A stretch of 64,000 nt of DNA from Eledone cirrhosa (lineage: Eukaryota), in assembly GCA_964016885.1 (NCBI GenBank), contig OZ024740.1, positions 294,562,001 through 294,626,000 of the forward strand, given 5' to 3'. The position numbers and the translations under genes are program-made. Within the stretch, counting starts at the first letter, position 1, and every line of letters starts with the position of its first letter. Positions 39,201 through 49,950 of this stretch are shown here, one piece after another. Below the pieces are notes generated by a model that was not told the DNA's origin, searched no databases, and saw only the letters and a program-made list of their open reading frames with translations.

Positions 39201-42200
39201 GGGTACAATTTGAATTCTTTGGTTTATACAAAAGTCTTTCAATGATTGGCAACATAAAAGCTGCAGTTTTACCTATGAAAGACAGATATTAGATATTACA
39301 TACAAGATTACCGTTGAAAACAGAAGTGTTTTACTTAATCTTAACATCTTATTTTCATCAAACATCTATATTCATCTCAACTGTATCAACATTTTTATTC
39401 TATTATTGTGTAAGTGGAAGAAAGAAAAATACAACTGGAAGAGACTGGCTGTTGTAACTGGTCTGTACATGTCATACCTCCACCAACATTCAGTTACACA
39501 CACTTCAATTTTCTTTGTTCATTTGATAAGGTAATATTATGAAATATATGTATTATGAAATATATAGGATAAAAACATTGCTTTGTTTTGTCATTCTTTT
39601 TTATCTCAGTTCCATCTAGATATTTCTATCTACATTGTACCGGCTTTCCCAATACTTTATTATTTAATACTTATTTGTATAGCATGGCTTTGTGGTTAGA
39701 GCACTGGGCTTGCAATTGGGAGGTTGTGAGTTCAATTCTTGGACTGGGTGATGTGTTGTGTCCTTGAGCAAGACGCTTTATTTCATGTAGCTCCAGTTTA
39801 CTGAGCTGTAGAAATGAGTTGTGATGTCACTGGTGCCAAGCTGTATCAGCCATTGCTTTTCCCTTGGACAACATTGGTGGCATGGAGAGGGGATATTGGT
39901 ATGCATGGATGACTGTTGGTCTTCACCAAACACACCTTGCTCGGGTTTGTGCCTCGAAAGGGAACTTTCTAGGTGCAAATTCCATGGTCATTTACTCTTA
40001 CCCTTTACTATAGAGGAAGAGACAGTACCCATGATATTTCAAACTGTTCAAAACTAGAGAGATTCATATGGTTGATGAGATTAGTTTTAACATCTACATA
40101 TCCACTCTGTAAAGTGCTGATGTTACAACAAAAAGCTAGTTTATTATACAACGTATCTTCAAATTATCCACAATGATGTACAATCAAATATCAGCAACGT
40201 TATCATTATTTAACATCAGTTTTTCTAGCTAGAAAGGGTTGGATGGCTCTTCACAGACCGAGTCAGTATTCAAACAGAGTTACTGACCTCTCAAATAGGC
40301 CATCTATTGTGTGCAATTTATCATGACACCAGCACTATGGAGGTTGTCATGTTTTTGGCATAGTTGAAGAGCCCTCTCAACCCTTTGTATGGCAGGCTTT
40401 CAACAGCTGAATGCCCTTCCTATCACTAACCACCTTGCAGAATGTACTGGATGTATTTATTATGTAGATCATCAACAGTAGGGAGGTTGTCATGTCTTTG
40501 ACACAACTGAAGTGGCTTCCTGATCCTTTGTTTGCCAAACTTTCTATGGCTGGATGACCTTCCTATCACCAACCACTTTACACAGTGTACTGTCATATAT
40601 ACATCTATCGTGTGAATCAATAAAAGGAAAAATTATAGCAGACTTACCAGATCCAGTAACAGCACAAGCACATATGTCTCTACCCAATAATGCAACTGAT
40701 ATAGTAGCAGCCTGAATTGGCATAGGTTTGTCAAACTTCATGGCAGCTAAAGCCTAAATGAGATATATTAACACATTGTATGACTGGCATAGGTTTGTCA
40801 AACATCATGGTAGCTAAAGCCTAAATGAGATATATTAAAACATTGTATGACTGGCATGTTTGTCAAACATCATGGCAGCTAAAGCCTAAATGAGATATAT
40901 TAAAACATTGTATAATTATGTAAATTTGGACTTGTGAAAGTGTTTTATTTTGTTTTCAAGTAGGTCAGAACATATATTCAGTTATAACAATTACATGTAG
41001 ATATTCTCTGCTTGAAAACAATAGTTATGATAGTATTAATATATTTAATGATGATAAAAATATAAACTAGAATAATTTATTTATTTATTTATGGCTCTAG
41101 GATAAGGAAAAAATAATTTAAAAGTAGTTTATCTTCAGACTTACTTTCATGACAGGTCTTGAAAGATTCATTTCTTGAAATGTCATATTTTTATCATAAT
41201 AATTAATATCTTGTTCAAACTTAATCTTTGATTCCTAAAAAAATGAACAATATAAGGTTTACATTAAAATTGAGAAAAGTCAACAAGGATACACAACACA
41301 AAAGAACAGTACAATACAATGATGATATTAGTTTAATCCTTGATATAGTTGGAAAAGAGTCTTAACATTTTCAAGTCTTAATTACAGATTTATATTGAAA
41401 CTTGTTCCATAATAATTTAGCCATCAGTTATGCAATATTTCATAATAGTTTTAGAAAATCAACCTAAATAATGGTTTCTAATTTAGGCTCAAGGGAAAGA
41501 TTAAATCAACCCCAGAATTTAACTGGTACTTTATTTTATCAACACTGGAAAGATAACAGGCAAAGTTGACCTCAGCATAATTTGAACCCAGACTGTTTAG
41601 CAATTGTTTGACTCTAACAACTGCCAATTCACTGCTCTTAACCCTTTAGCATTTAAACCAGCTGTATCTGACAGAATTCTCTCACCTCTTTCTGTTCAAA
41701 CTGGTCACTCATACTGATGTTAAGGTTAGGGTTATTCTCAAAATAAATAATATCAAAATCTCGTAGCTTTGATATTATGTGAGATACAGCCTTTACCATG
41801 AAAATAGTATATATAGAGTAATGTAAATGCTAAATGGTTTCTAATTTAGATACAAGGCCAGCAATTTTGACTGTTACTGTATTTTATCAATCTCAGAAGG
41901 ATAAAAGGTAAAGTTGACCCCAGTGGGATTTGAAACCAGATCGTAGAGGACTGTAACAAAATAATGCAAGGCATTTTGTCCAACACACTAACAATTCTGC
42001 CAAACTACCACCCAAAAACAAGCAAATTAATACATTTTTTAAATGAAAATAAGAATGTTGTTAATTACAAATAAAAAAATTATTTAAATAAAACTTAAGG
42101 AAAAACAAATTGTCTTACATCTTCAGTTTTCTTCTTGGGCCTTTTTCTTTTACCTTTGTCCCTGACTATATCTGAGAACAGAAATTTTAGTTAATAAAAT

Positions 42201-45200
42201 CAGCAAATTACATTATTTATAACCAATGTGTCTGGTTTAGAATTTATTCACCAGCTATAGTTTACACCAGAGGTTCTCAAACTTTTGACCCCCCCTCCCC
42301 ATGGCCACGTAATACACTCAGCACGCCCCACCCATATTTCCAGAGAGACCTGCCTACACGCAATTTGTAAGTAATCAATAAGCCCCCACCCCCTGCAGAG
42401 TGGTCGTGGAGGTATCACAACAAAAAAGCACCCAGCCCACTGTAAAGTGGTTGTGTAGGTGCCACGGTAAAAAAAAGTACGCAGTACTCATTGTAGATGA
42501 GGTTGGTGTTAGGAAGGGCATCCAAATCAAGCCAAAATCAGCTCCCGTATGAGCAAGATAAGGTCACCCGACCTGGCATTGCCCACAACAGGACAACCCA
42601 TCTAACCCATGCTAGTGTGGAAGAATGGACGTAAAACGGTGATGATGATATTACATATGTATAAATATATATATATTTTTTATTTTACTATATTTATATA
42701 TGATATATATCATTTGATATTTAATATACTATTATATCAACTCTACCACCCCCTGGGGGTGGTAGCGCACACTTTAAGAACCTCAGGTTTACACCTACAC
42801 CCCAATACAAAGTCAACTAGCAGAACAGAAATATCTATAAATAATGGCAGATTAAGGAACAACCTACTGATGACTTGATAATAAAGAGCTGACAAAGGCA
42901 TTTACTGTTGATGGTTGTTAATTCTGAAACCACATTAGCAAGACATTTTTGCAAAGTACAAAACAGCACTGTGATTACATTATTTTCACAATGATCTGAA
43001 CACTAATAAAGATATTATAAAAATTTGAAGTGCAAGAGATAATATTGCACTGGTATGGCTATGTGATATGAATGATAAAGAGGTAGATATTGTCACACTG
43101 CATATTACATAGATAATATTTGATTTCCACATGAAAGCTTTGACTAAATAAGAAGGGCACTGTCAGATGGTACTGTGAAAAATGATAATGACCCTACGCT
43201 AGCTGATCAGAAATGGAGAATAACCCTTTAGCATTTAAACCAGAATTCTCTCACCTCTTTCTGTTCAAACTGGCTATAACCAGCTGCTCATATTTATGTT
43301 AAGGCATTGTTCTTAAAATAAATAACATCAAAATGTCATAGAGTCGGTATTATTTGGGACAATTATGCAAGATAAAGTGTTTACTGCGAAAATGCAATAG
43401 TAAATATAGAGTAATGCAAATGCTAAAAAGTTAAGATATGTCTTGTCTAAGATGCTGCACAGTAGAATCAAACCTAGAACCACGTGGTTGCAAAATTAAC
43501 TTCTGAACCATACCTATCAATTCTAGCTGGAATATTAATCCCATGATGTAATAATTAAGACAGAAAATAATTTCATTTTAATTAATTCAATACCTGCAAT
43601 ATTAGTTTCTTCTTCATCTTCATCAAAACTATCCTCATCCTCATCTTGCCAATCTTCTGCAACATTCTCTGTATTATCTTTGTTATTCAACTAGAAAGAG
43701 AATTTTCAATAAGAAAATTAATAATAACATTGTCAAAATATCATTTGAAGAGAAAATATATACACCTTTGAAACAGACTTTAAAATTACAATAAAGATAC
43801 ATGTACATAATATCTTTATTCACAGTAGGTGATTTTAACTTTTCATTATCAAGCCATCTGAAATTGCCCCTGGTCCTGTGATGCAATGCTGTTTGTTTTA
43901 AAGAGTATATATTTATCTAATAACCTTCTACAGTAATTCTATATAAGAACATATATTAAGTTATGTTCCGAGTACCATAATGAGAAGGTTAGTCATATTA
44001 CTTAATCCATAAAAATTCTTGATGATTTTAAAAATTATTATTTGAAAATTATAGACAGTATCTTTCATCAAATATATTGTAGCAAAAGGGTTAGTCTTGT
44101 GAAAATTAAAACATTTGTTCAATATTTTCGTTTTTATCTTCAACATTTCCCTTGTTTTTCAATCTTTCCTCTTGTCTATTTAGCTTTTTATTTCGGTAAT
44201 GTATTTGTTTTGCAAGGTTTTTATATGAAATTGTGCGTTGAAACAGATATTGTTATATTTGGAGAGGGTCATGTTGTCCTAATATTGCCAGAAAACAGTT
44301 AGTGTGTTTTACTATTTTTTTTTTATTTCTATTTCTATAAAATTATTACAAATATATTATTAAAATTATTACAAATATATTATTATAATTACACAAATAT
44401 AAACATATAAAAATGAGCAGTTTTGTATCATAAATCCAGGGCAATTTCAGGATTAAAAGAGTTAGAGGAAAATAGAATTATGATTAATTTGGTAGAATGC
44501 AAGACTGGGAGACATGCCTAACCTAAACTGGAAAATATAAAATTAATGATAAAATCATTTTTTAACCCTTTTACTACAATATTGTAAGTACTATTTTATT
44601 GCTGTGGCATAATTTGGTCGTGCTTGGTCAGTCGCCAGCTCTGTAGGGTTGGTGACGCATGGATACCAATGACCATTTCCAACCAGCAGTGGAACGCGTC
44701 TTTTGCTGGTAGTGTCACAGCTCTTAACTAGCTTTCCCAGTTTTTGATTTTTCTCTCTAACATTGAGAGTAGTTCATTGGACGGCTTTTCAGGGATTTAC
44801 TATTTATCCATCGTGTTTGTTTTAGCCAAATATTCCAATCCCTGACAATAAGTAAGGATAAATTATAGCCTGTCTCACTGCATTTTTGACCTACTAGAAA
44901 AAAAAAAATGTTCATTTCGCTGGCATCTACACACAGAAAATCTTACTGCATACATTTTGTAACATGTTCAAAACTATCAAAAGAATAAATTATTTTTGTA
45001 TAAAAAAAACTACGCCTATACATTTCGATCCATTGGAACACTTCTACATCTCCATCTTCCTAAAGTGTCAATCATGCTAAAAGGTAATAATGGCCACTAA
45101 ATTATTAACCCTTTCATTACCATATTTATAATGAAAGAGACTGCCTATGGTTTACAGTTTGTTTTGCAAATAATGAAGATTTTGGACAGATTTAGTTATA

Positions 45201-48200
45201 TAACAAACTTTCTCATTATTAAGTTGGTGTTGGTAATATAACAAAGGCTCTAACATAAAATTACAATGGAAAGTTTTTAAATAGATAAAAACACTTTAAA
45301 ATAAACGACTTTGATAATAATCAAGAATTTGGAAGGATTTAGTAATATAACAAACTTTCATACATAACATTATGATGAAAGGTTTTTAGATAAATAAGCT
45401 TTGTACCATAGAAAGAGGGCAGTTTGGTATCACAAATGTCTCAATATAAAAGCTATATCAATGGAAGTAATTAATTCTAAATGAAATAATTTAAAAGAAT
45501 AACATAAGCTTTACTAATTTTCTAAATATTCCTTAATAATTGATTAGTTAGAAGTTAGAATTTATATTTTTAGTATAAATATTGATAACTAATTTAGAAT
45601 ACACAGCAAACGTTATACTAATCAAGCCATTACACATTTTCAGGAATAAATCAAACATACCACTTTCTTATTTTGCCTACGAATCTGTAAGATTTTTTCA
45701 TCAAGTGAAGTGACTTCTAATTTCTTTCGTTTTGCATGTCGTAAAGCAAAGTCCATATCAAATATTGCATCATCTTTAAACTGCAAGCAAGATACAACAG
45801 ATGGTTATACATAAATAAAAATAGAAAATATAATGAGCATTTAAATTATAAATACAATGAATTAGTTTTATTTAGAATTGTTTGTTAAAATCATAAGATC
45901 AAACTTATCCACAACTTCCTCAGTTTTCTGCTTCCACTTACAGCTCATGGCACTTTTCAAACTAGCACTCACAATCCATAAATATTACAGATTCTGATGG
46001 TATTGTCACTTTGTGTTCTCTTTTGCAAACTAGTAATTTGGTTTCAGCTGTATTGACCTTCAGGCTGTAGAAAATGTTTGCTAGTTTGGAATTTTTTCTG
46101 CAAATCTTTCAGTTTTTATGAAAAGAATGCTCAAAGACAGAGCTGAACTGTTTTATCGCCTGAAGAACTCTGATAAATGGATGAACTGCCTTTCCTAACA
46201 CTAAACACTTTAGAGGGTGTACTGGGTGCATTTTATCCTGAAACCTGCACTAGTGAGGCTGTCTTTAATCTTGCAAAACTAAAGAGTTCTCAAACTTAAC
46301 ATTGTTTATTGAAAGCAACATGACCAACAGGATGAATAAGAGAGCACTGACAGAAGAAAAATCAGTACGAGTGGGTGAAGGGATGAGAGAGGTGGGAGTA
46401 ATATGAGAGATGGTAATGATACAAGATAGTGGAAGGGGGAAAGGGAGTAATGGTCGGTACATGTTTGTTCATGACAGAAAGAAAGAGAACAAGGAGTGTA
46501 TAGTAATAGAGACAGGGATGGGGAGAAAAAGTGATGGATGCCAATAAGTGGCTTAGGAAGAGAGTGCACAGGGTGCAATGATGTAAAGTATATCAGGAAT
46601 AAACAAATTTGGTGCAGTCCCTCATACTTAGCCATCGTGATGGAAGAAAGAAGACTGATAAGATCAGTGATAGCAGGGATTAGTTATAGATAGGTAAAAA
46701 GATGTAAAAACATCCCTCATTATGTGGGTGGTATGGTGCAGTGAGTAGCAGAATGGGTGAGTATCAGAGATGCGAAGGCAGAACAAATCCAATGTCATCC
46801 CTGGTTACATGGGCAGTATGGTACAGTGAATAGGTAATAGAGAGGTAGATGAAAAGGGTTATCAAGATAATGGTTGTGGTGGTGGTTGGACACAAGATCC
46901 AAGTGTAGATATATTAAACCTCTCTAGCCTTCATCCTTACCACCATCTTGACATTTGTTTTGCCATACTTACATGAGTGGACAGGTTTTTAGCAACAATG
47001 TATGTCCACCAAGAGATTCCACATACTACTCCCTGAAACTCTTTAGTATTTACATTACTTTATATATCATCATCATCGCTTAACGTCTAGCATGGGTTAG
47101 ACAGGAATTGTCCCATTTGAGGTAAGTTGGTCGGGTGACCGTGTCTTGCTCATATAGGACTATCTGGCAGGTTTTCTACGGTTGGATGCCCTTCCTAACA
47201 CCAACCACATTTACAGTGTGGACTGGGAGCTTTTACTGTTACCTACACGACCACATTACAGCGTCGACTGTGCCCCCCTCCCTCATTTTCTTTTTTCCCC
47301 TTCCTTTTGTATTTTCATGGTAAAAGCTTTATCTCACATAATCTCGAATCTATGAGATTTTGATGTTATTTATTTTGAGAACAATACAGTTGGTTTGAAC
47401 AGAAAGAGGTGAGAGAATTCTGAGCGGATACGGCCAGTTTAAATGCATTGTATCTAAACTAAACCTATCCAGAACTTTGTTAAAACTCAATTACATCCAA
47501 GACTTGATCCATCAATTTGCAGCCAATGCAAGTACAGCTTATACACCAGTGTTATCTTTGTCACAGTTGACAATACAACACCGACCAATGTAAACAATAC
47601 CTTTCTGATGTTACTTAATTAACTAAGCAAATACTATATGATGACTTTAACATCTCTGTAACTAAATATTTTAAGATTTAAAAACTTACCGATATATCGA
47701 ATTGGAAGTTCTTATTAAATTCATTAGTTTTTTTCTTCTTCTTTTTAGCTTTAGAAAGAGGCGTCACTTGCTATATCAGTAAAAAGAGGAAAGATTATTT
47801 ATAAATAATAGATTAAAAATTTGGTTTTAATATATAGAAGCAGCAAAATTAATAGAGTAAAGAAATCTGGAGAATACAGTCAAGATAGTAGACTTTATAA
47901 AATATGTTCAGTTGGTGTGCTGTGAGAATTTGGTTCTGATGTTTCAGGTATGGCCTTTCTAAGAAAGTCAATAGACTTGATTGAAGAAAAACATTGAAAT
48001 GATGTCAAATATTCTTTATATCAAAATATATAATCCTTGTCTTTTCTTAGAGGAGATTAATAATCATATGGTTTTTTTTTTTGTTATTGTATTGTTCCTA
48101 TTGGTGATAGGAAGGGCATCCAGCCATAGAAATCTTGCCAAACAAAGGGTTAGGAGGACCCTCAGTTGCATCAAAGGCATGACAACCTCTGAAATATGAG

Positions 48201-49446
48201 ACCGTACATAAGCACACAGGTCCCTGGCCTGTCTGGGAGATCAGTGGCTCCGCCTCAGTACTAGCCAGGAAAGTAATGTTTTAATGCTGAGGTCAACTTT
48301 GCTTTTCATCCTTCCAGGATTGATAAAATAAAGTACCAGTTAAGTACTGGGGTTGATTCAAGCAACTTTGACCACCCCCCAAATTTACTAGCAGTGTTTC
48401 TAAATAGAAATCAATATATACCAAGTAGTGATGTTCTAAGTAGAAATCCTCCTGAAGTCAACTTTGCATTTCAATCTTCTGGGGTTGATAGAATACAGTA
48501 CCAGTCAAGTAATTTCATTGACAGTTCCCTCCCTACCTTTATGTCTTCATTAGAAACCAATACATACCAAGTCAAATTTAGTTAAGGACTTTAATGAGAT
48601 TAAATTCTAGATATTAACTTCCAAAAGGAACTGGTAATTGAACTAATTAGCTTCATTCAACAGAATAGTTTTAAATGAATAAGATTGTATATTATTTTTA
48701 TCTTTGCCTTTCATCCTTTCGAGGTCGATAAAAAAAGTACCAATCTAGTACTGGAGTCGATTCTTCCTCTATATCTCTTTCTTATTTCCGCTCTCACTTT
48801 CTATCTTTCTCTGGAAGAAATCTGCTGTACTGAGGCCTGGAGAGGGATGGGTTTCGCCAGGCTTAAAATGCCCAAGAAACGACTATCAGTAGTTACGGGA
48901 CCATACATACATACGTTTGAAAACCAAACAATTGAACTGTTTTCTATTTCAGTGGGTCCAAAGTTGTAAAGATGTTTCAAGTATTATATCTGTGACTGCC
49001 AAAAATTTTCAGTCAATACTTTATCATTATTTACAGTACAATAGTCTTTTACTGGTTGGCTGCGGCTATGCTGGAGCACGGCCTATGTTTACATCACATG
49101 AGCGGATGTATTTGATAAAAATATCGATTGAAACGATACTATAAACTCTATCATGTAAAGGAAGTAATGAAGAATAGAAATATTAACAAAAATATTTAAT
49201 ACACATAGAGAATATAAATACATTATATTTGAACTTCATGTCTCGAGACACGTGGAAACATTTTGGTTATGTATAAGTTCAAATAAGATTAATTAGTAAC
49301 AACAAACAAAAAAGAAAACCAAATTATTAAATTAATATTCTCAAACTTACATCTTCATCACTTTCTGATGTATCGTCATTAAATTCCACGACGTCTTCAT
49401 CAGTTATTGTTTTTATAAAACCGAGATCTTCCATAACAGCCACCAT
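14177..49446 (-). CDS. DDX27: DEAD-box RNA helicase DDX27 (DRS1), whole gene span, 20 coding exons, ~728 aa
   Basis: Twenty GT-AG exons join in frame (sum 2187 nt). Motifs present: Q-like [52 protein letters not shown]. Termini are DDX27-like: [10 protein letters not shown] and [27 protein letters not shown]. Confidence 0.95.
14531..14782. mobile_element. hAT-type MITE
   Basis: cagaggt.../...aacctctg termini; perfect 8-bp TSD aattaaca (14523-30, 14783-90). Confidence 0.85.
15331..15439 (-). CDS. DDX27: DDX27 exon 19 ([37 protein letters not shown])
   Basis: FD.ELT.TSKK motif; TAG/GTAAG boundaries. Confidence 0.88.
15514..17995 (-). mobile_element. RTE LINE, 5'-truncated and frameshifted, in DDX27 intron 18
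   Basis: ORFs 17217..17894 and 15857..17074: [25 protein letters not shown], Cys-rich finger, RRLRWYGHV; 3' UTR with (GAT)n tail. Confidence 0.95.
18000..18410. repeat. (TA)n/(CA)n microsatellite interrupted by an RTE fragment (18180-18336, minus)
   Basis: Dinucleotide runs; insert encodes [18 protein letters not shown]...EFYPP*. Confidence 0.85.
18411..18747 (+). mobile_element. tRNA-head SINE with RTE-derived 3' end
   Basis: Near-identical to 7713-8040; ends gaaatgatgatga. Confidence 0.85.
19029..19143 (-). CDS. DDX27: DDX27 exon 18 ([38 protein letters not shown])
   Basis: CAG/GTAAG boundaries; KAQ..A.R..K pattern. Confidence 0.87.
19332..19775. repeat. Near-perfect palindrome, 220-bp arms, 4-nt loop
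   Basis: 19332-19551 is the reverse complement of 19556-19775; one mismatch seen near the centre. Confidence 0.95.
20773..20864 (-). CDS. DDX27: DDX27 exon 17 ([31 protein letters not shown])
   Basis: CAG/GTAAG boundaries, phase 1-0. Confidence 0.78.
20978..21066. repeat. Inverted repeat, 43-bp arms, 3-nt loop
   Basis: cctgtccatgaagtgtaaatacacaagta-gaa-tacttgtgtatttacacttcatggacagg, extendable with 2 mismatches. Confidence 0.9.
21260..22090 (+). repeat. 31-bp minisatellite (accatcatatatgtatatacacatacataag) split by an RTE 3' UTR insertion (21546-21835, minus)
   Basis: 31-bp periodicity on both sides; insert matches 15514-15765. Confidence 0.9.
23216..23410 (-). CDS. DDX27: DDX27 exon 16 ([17 protein letters not shown]...[14 protein letters not shown])
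   Basis: R.WFQ motif of DDX27; CAG acceptor; weak GTTTGT donor chosen because it fits the frame. Confidence 0.88.
23695..24430 (+). mobile_element. Degenerate RTE LINE 5' region (AP-endonuclease N-terminus)
   Basis: ORF 24021..24347 [35 protein letters not shown] resembles the APE start W-N-V..L.GK..ELV.E...Y.LDIVG. Confidence 0.7.
25797..25891 (-). CDS. DDX27: DDX27 exon 15 ([31 protein letters not shown])
   Basis: CAG/GT boundaries; inside ORF 25687..25887. Confidence 0.92.
26109..26191 (-). CDS. DDX27: DDX27 exon 14 ([28 protein letters not shown])
   Basis: Motif [10 protein letters not shown]. Confidence 0.95.
27149..27247 (-). CDS. DDX27: DDX27 exon 13 ([33 protein letters not shown])
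   Basis: Motif V ARGLD. Confidence 0.95.
27790..28170 (-). mobile_element. Old RTE C-terminal fragment
   Basis: Degenerate match to the [11 protein letters not shown]...GRPRKTW region of the larger copies. Confidence 0.6.
28234..28485. mobile_element. hAT-type MITE (same family as 14531 and 42268)
   Basis: cagaagtt/aacctctg termini; TSD ctctagta/ctctagca. Confidence 0.78.
28591..28781. mobile_element. hAT-type MITE, second family
   Basis: TIR caggcatgtcaaac/gtttgacatgcctg; perfect 8-bp TSD gtctagag. Confidence 0.9.
29210..29346 (-). CDS. DDX27: DDX27 exon 12 ([46 protein letters not shown])
   Basis: Motif IV and LHG..Q. Confidence 0.95.
29523..31236 (+). mobile_element. RTE-clade LINE (distinct family), 5'-truncated and decayed, nested in a TTAA MITE (29460-31400)
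   Basis: [61 protein letters not shown]; 11-bp TSD tttctgttcaa (29512-22, 31237-47). Confidence 0.93.
32477..32618 (-). CDS. DDX27: DDX27 exon 11 ([47 protein letters not shown])
   Basis: LRQEFIRIR...GDREA signature of DRS1/DDX27. Confidence 0.95.
33800..33899 (-). CDS. DDX27: DDX27 exon 10 ([33 protein letters not shown])
   Basis: SAT motif III; AG/GT boundaries. Confidence 0.95.
34255..36496 (+). mobile_element. RTE LINE, 5'-truncated, 660-aa open RT frame, in DDX27 intron 9
   Basis: ORF 34308..36290 with [17 protein letters not shown] and Cys finger; no endonuclease domain; 3' UTR and (GAT)n tail. Confidence 0.96.
36943..37093 (-). CDS. DDX27: DDX27 exon 9 ([30 protein letters not shown]...LVLDEADR)
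   Basis: GG, TPGR and DEAD motifs. Confidence 0.95.
39099..39272 (-). CDS. DDX27: DDX27 exon 8 ([17 protein letters not shown]...[14 protein letters not shown]...)
   Basis: Motifs I and Ia; AG/GTAAG boundaries. Confidence 0.95.
39680..40000 (+). mobile_element. tRNA-derived SINE
   Basis: A box tggctttgtggttag, B box gagttcaattc, core gtccttgagcaagacgctttatttca. Confidence 0.8.
40648..40753 (-). CDS. DDX27: DDX27 exon 7 ([36 protein letters not shown])
   Basis: Q motif and start of motif I; overlaps ORF 40544..40741. Confidence 0.93.
40718..40913. repeat. Three tandem ~67-bp copies spanning the DDX27 intron 6/exon 7 junction
   Basis: Units start at 40718, 40785 and 40852. Confidence 0.92.
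41145..41234 (-). CDS. DDX27: DDX27 exon 6 ([30 protein letters not shown])
   Basis: Start of the Q motif; TAG/GTAAG boundaries. Confidence 0.92.
42119..42171 (-). CDS. DDX27: DDX27 exon 5 ([18 protein letters not shown])
   Basis: CAG/GTAAG boundaries, 53 nt restores frame. Confidence 0.8.
42268..42786. mobile_element. hAT-type MITE interrupted by an RTE 3' UTR (42383-42648)
   Basis: cagaggttct/agaacctcag termini; perfect TSD gtttacac (42260-67, 42787-94). Confidence 0.85.
43594..43690 (-). CDS. DDX27: DDX27 exon 4 (acidic, [32 protein letters not shown])
   Basis: AG/GT boundaries, 97 nt, phase fits neighbouring exons. Confidence 0.8.
45661..45780 (-). CDS. DDX27: DDX27 exon 3 ([40 protein letters not shown])
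   Basis: CAG/GTATG boundaries; TSLDEKI motif typical of the DDX27 N-terminus. Confidence 0.9.
47690..47770 (-). CDS. DDX27: DDX27 exon 2 ([27 protein letters not shown])
   Basis: AG/GTAAG boundaries, 81 nt, phase 0-0. Confidence 0.85.
49351..49446 (-). CDS. DDX27: DDX27 exon 1 ([32 protein letters not shown])
   Basis: ATG at 49446 (alternative ATG at 49434); GTAAG donor at 49350. Confidence 0.88.
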
Positions 49447-49868
49447 CTTAGTAGCTGCGACAATGTAGAGACATTCCTCATACAAAGCTAACACTAGATA
49501 AGAGAATGTAAAATATAATATTTTTATTTTGTTTCTCATCAAAATAAATACTTGTAAAATATCAATAATTTAAAAAAGTAATTTATTTTTGTAAATCATA
49601 TTAAACATTGTTGTTTAATAATTATTCAGTATATGCATAATGTTTATACATTTAAAAAATAAAACTATGATATAATCTATTATTTTATGATATTTAAAAA
49701 CTAATATAAGTAATTACATTTACAAAACATCAAAAATACTTTTTATAAAAACATTAACTTTATTTTACAATTTTACGCAAATGAGGTTTATATATATCTC
49801 ACTTTTGGCGGGTAATTCTCTCCTTTTCGTCCGAACTATTTCCAAAAAATATTATTCTACCTCCAAAC
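49447..49868. promoter_or_regulatory. Bidirectional promoter/5'UTR region between DDX27 and FEN1, with an E2F-like site
   Basis: Start codons diverge 422 bp apart; TTTGGCGG at 49804-49811 fits the E2F consensus TTTSSCGS. Confidence 0.75.
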
Positions 49869-49950
49869 ATGGGAATTCAAGGTCTTGCTAAACTTCTAGG
49901 GGATAATGCACCTTCGTCATTAAAAGATAATGAAATTAAAAACTATTTTG
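49869..49950 (+). CDS. FEN1: FEN1 exon 1
   Basis: ATG 49869, [10 protein letters not shown]...KNYFG, GTAAG donor. Confidence 0.95.

Noticed and set aside
14229-49350. Intronic C/D snoRNAs in DDX27
   Set aside because: The TGATGA matches I noticed belong to (GAT)n LINE tails, and I saw no clear box C/box D pair with a terminal stem; a snoscan/Infernal search would be needed to exclude them
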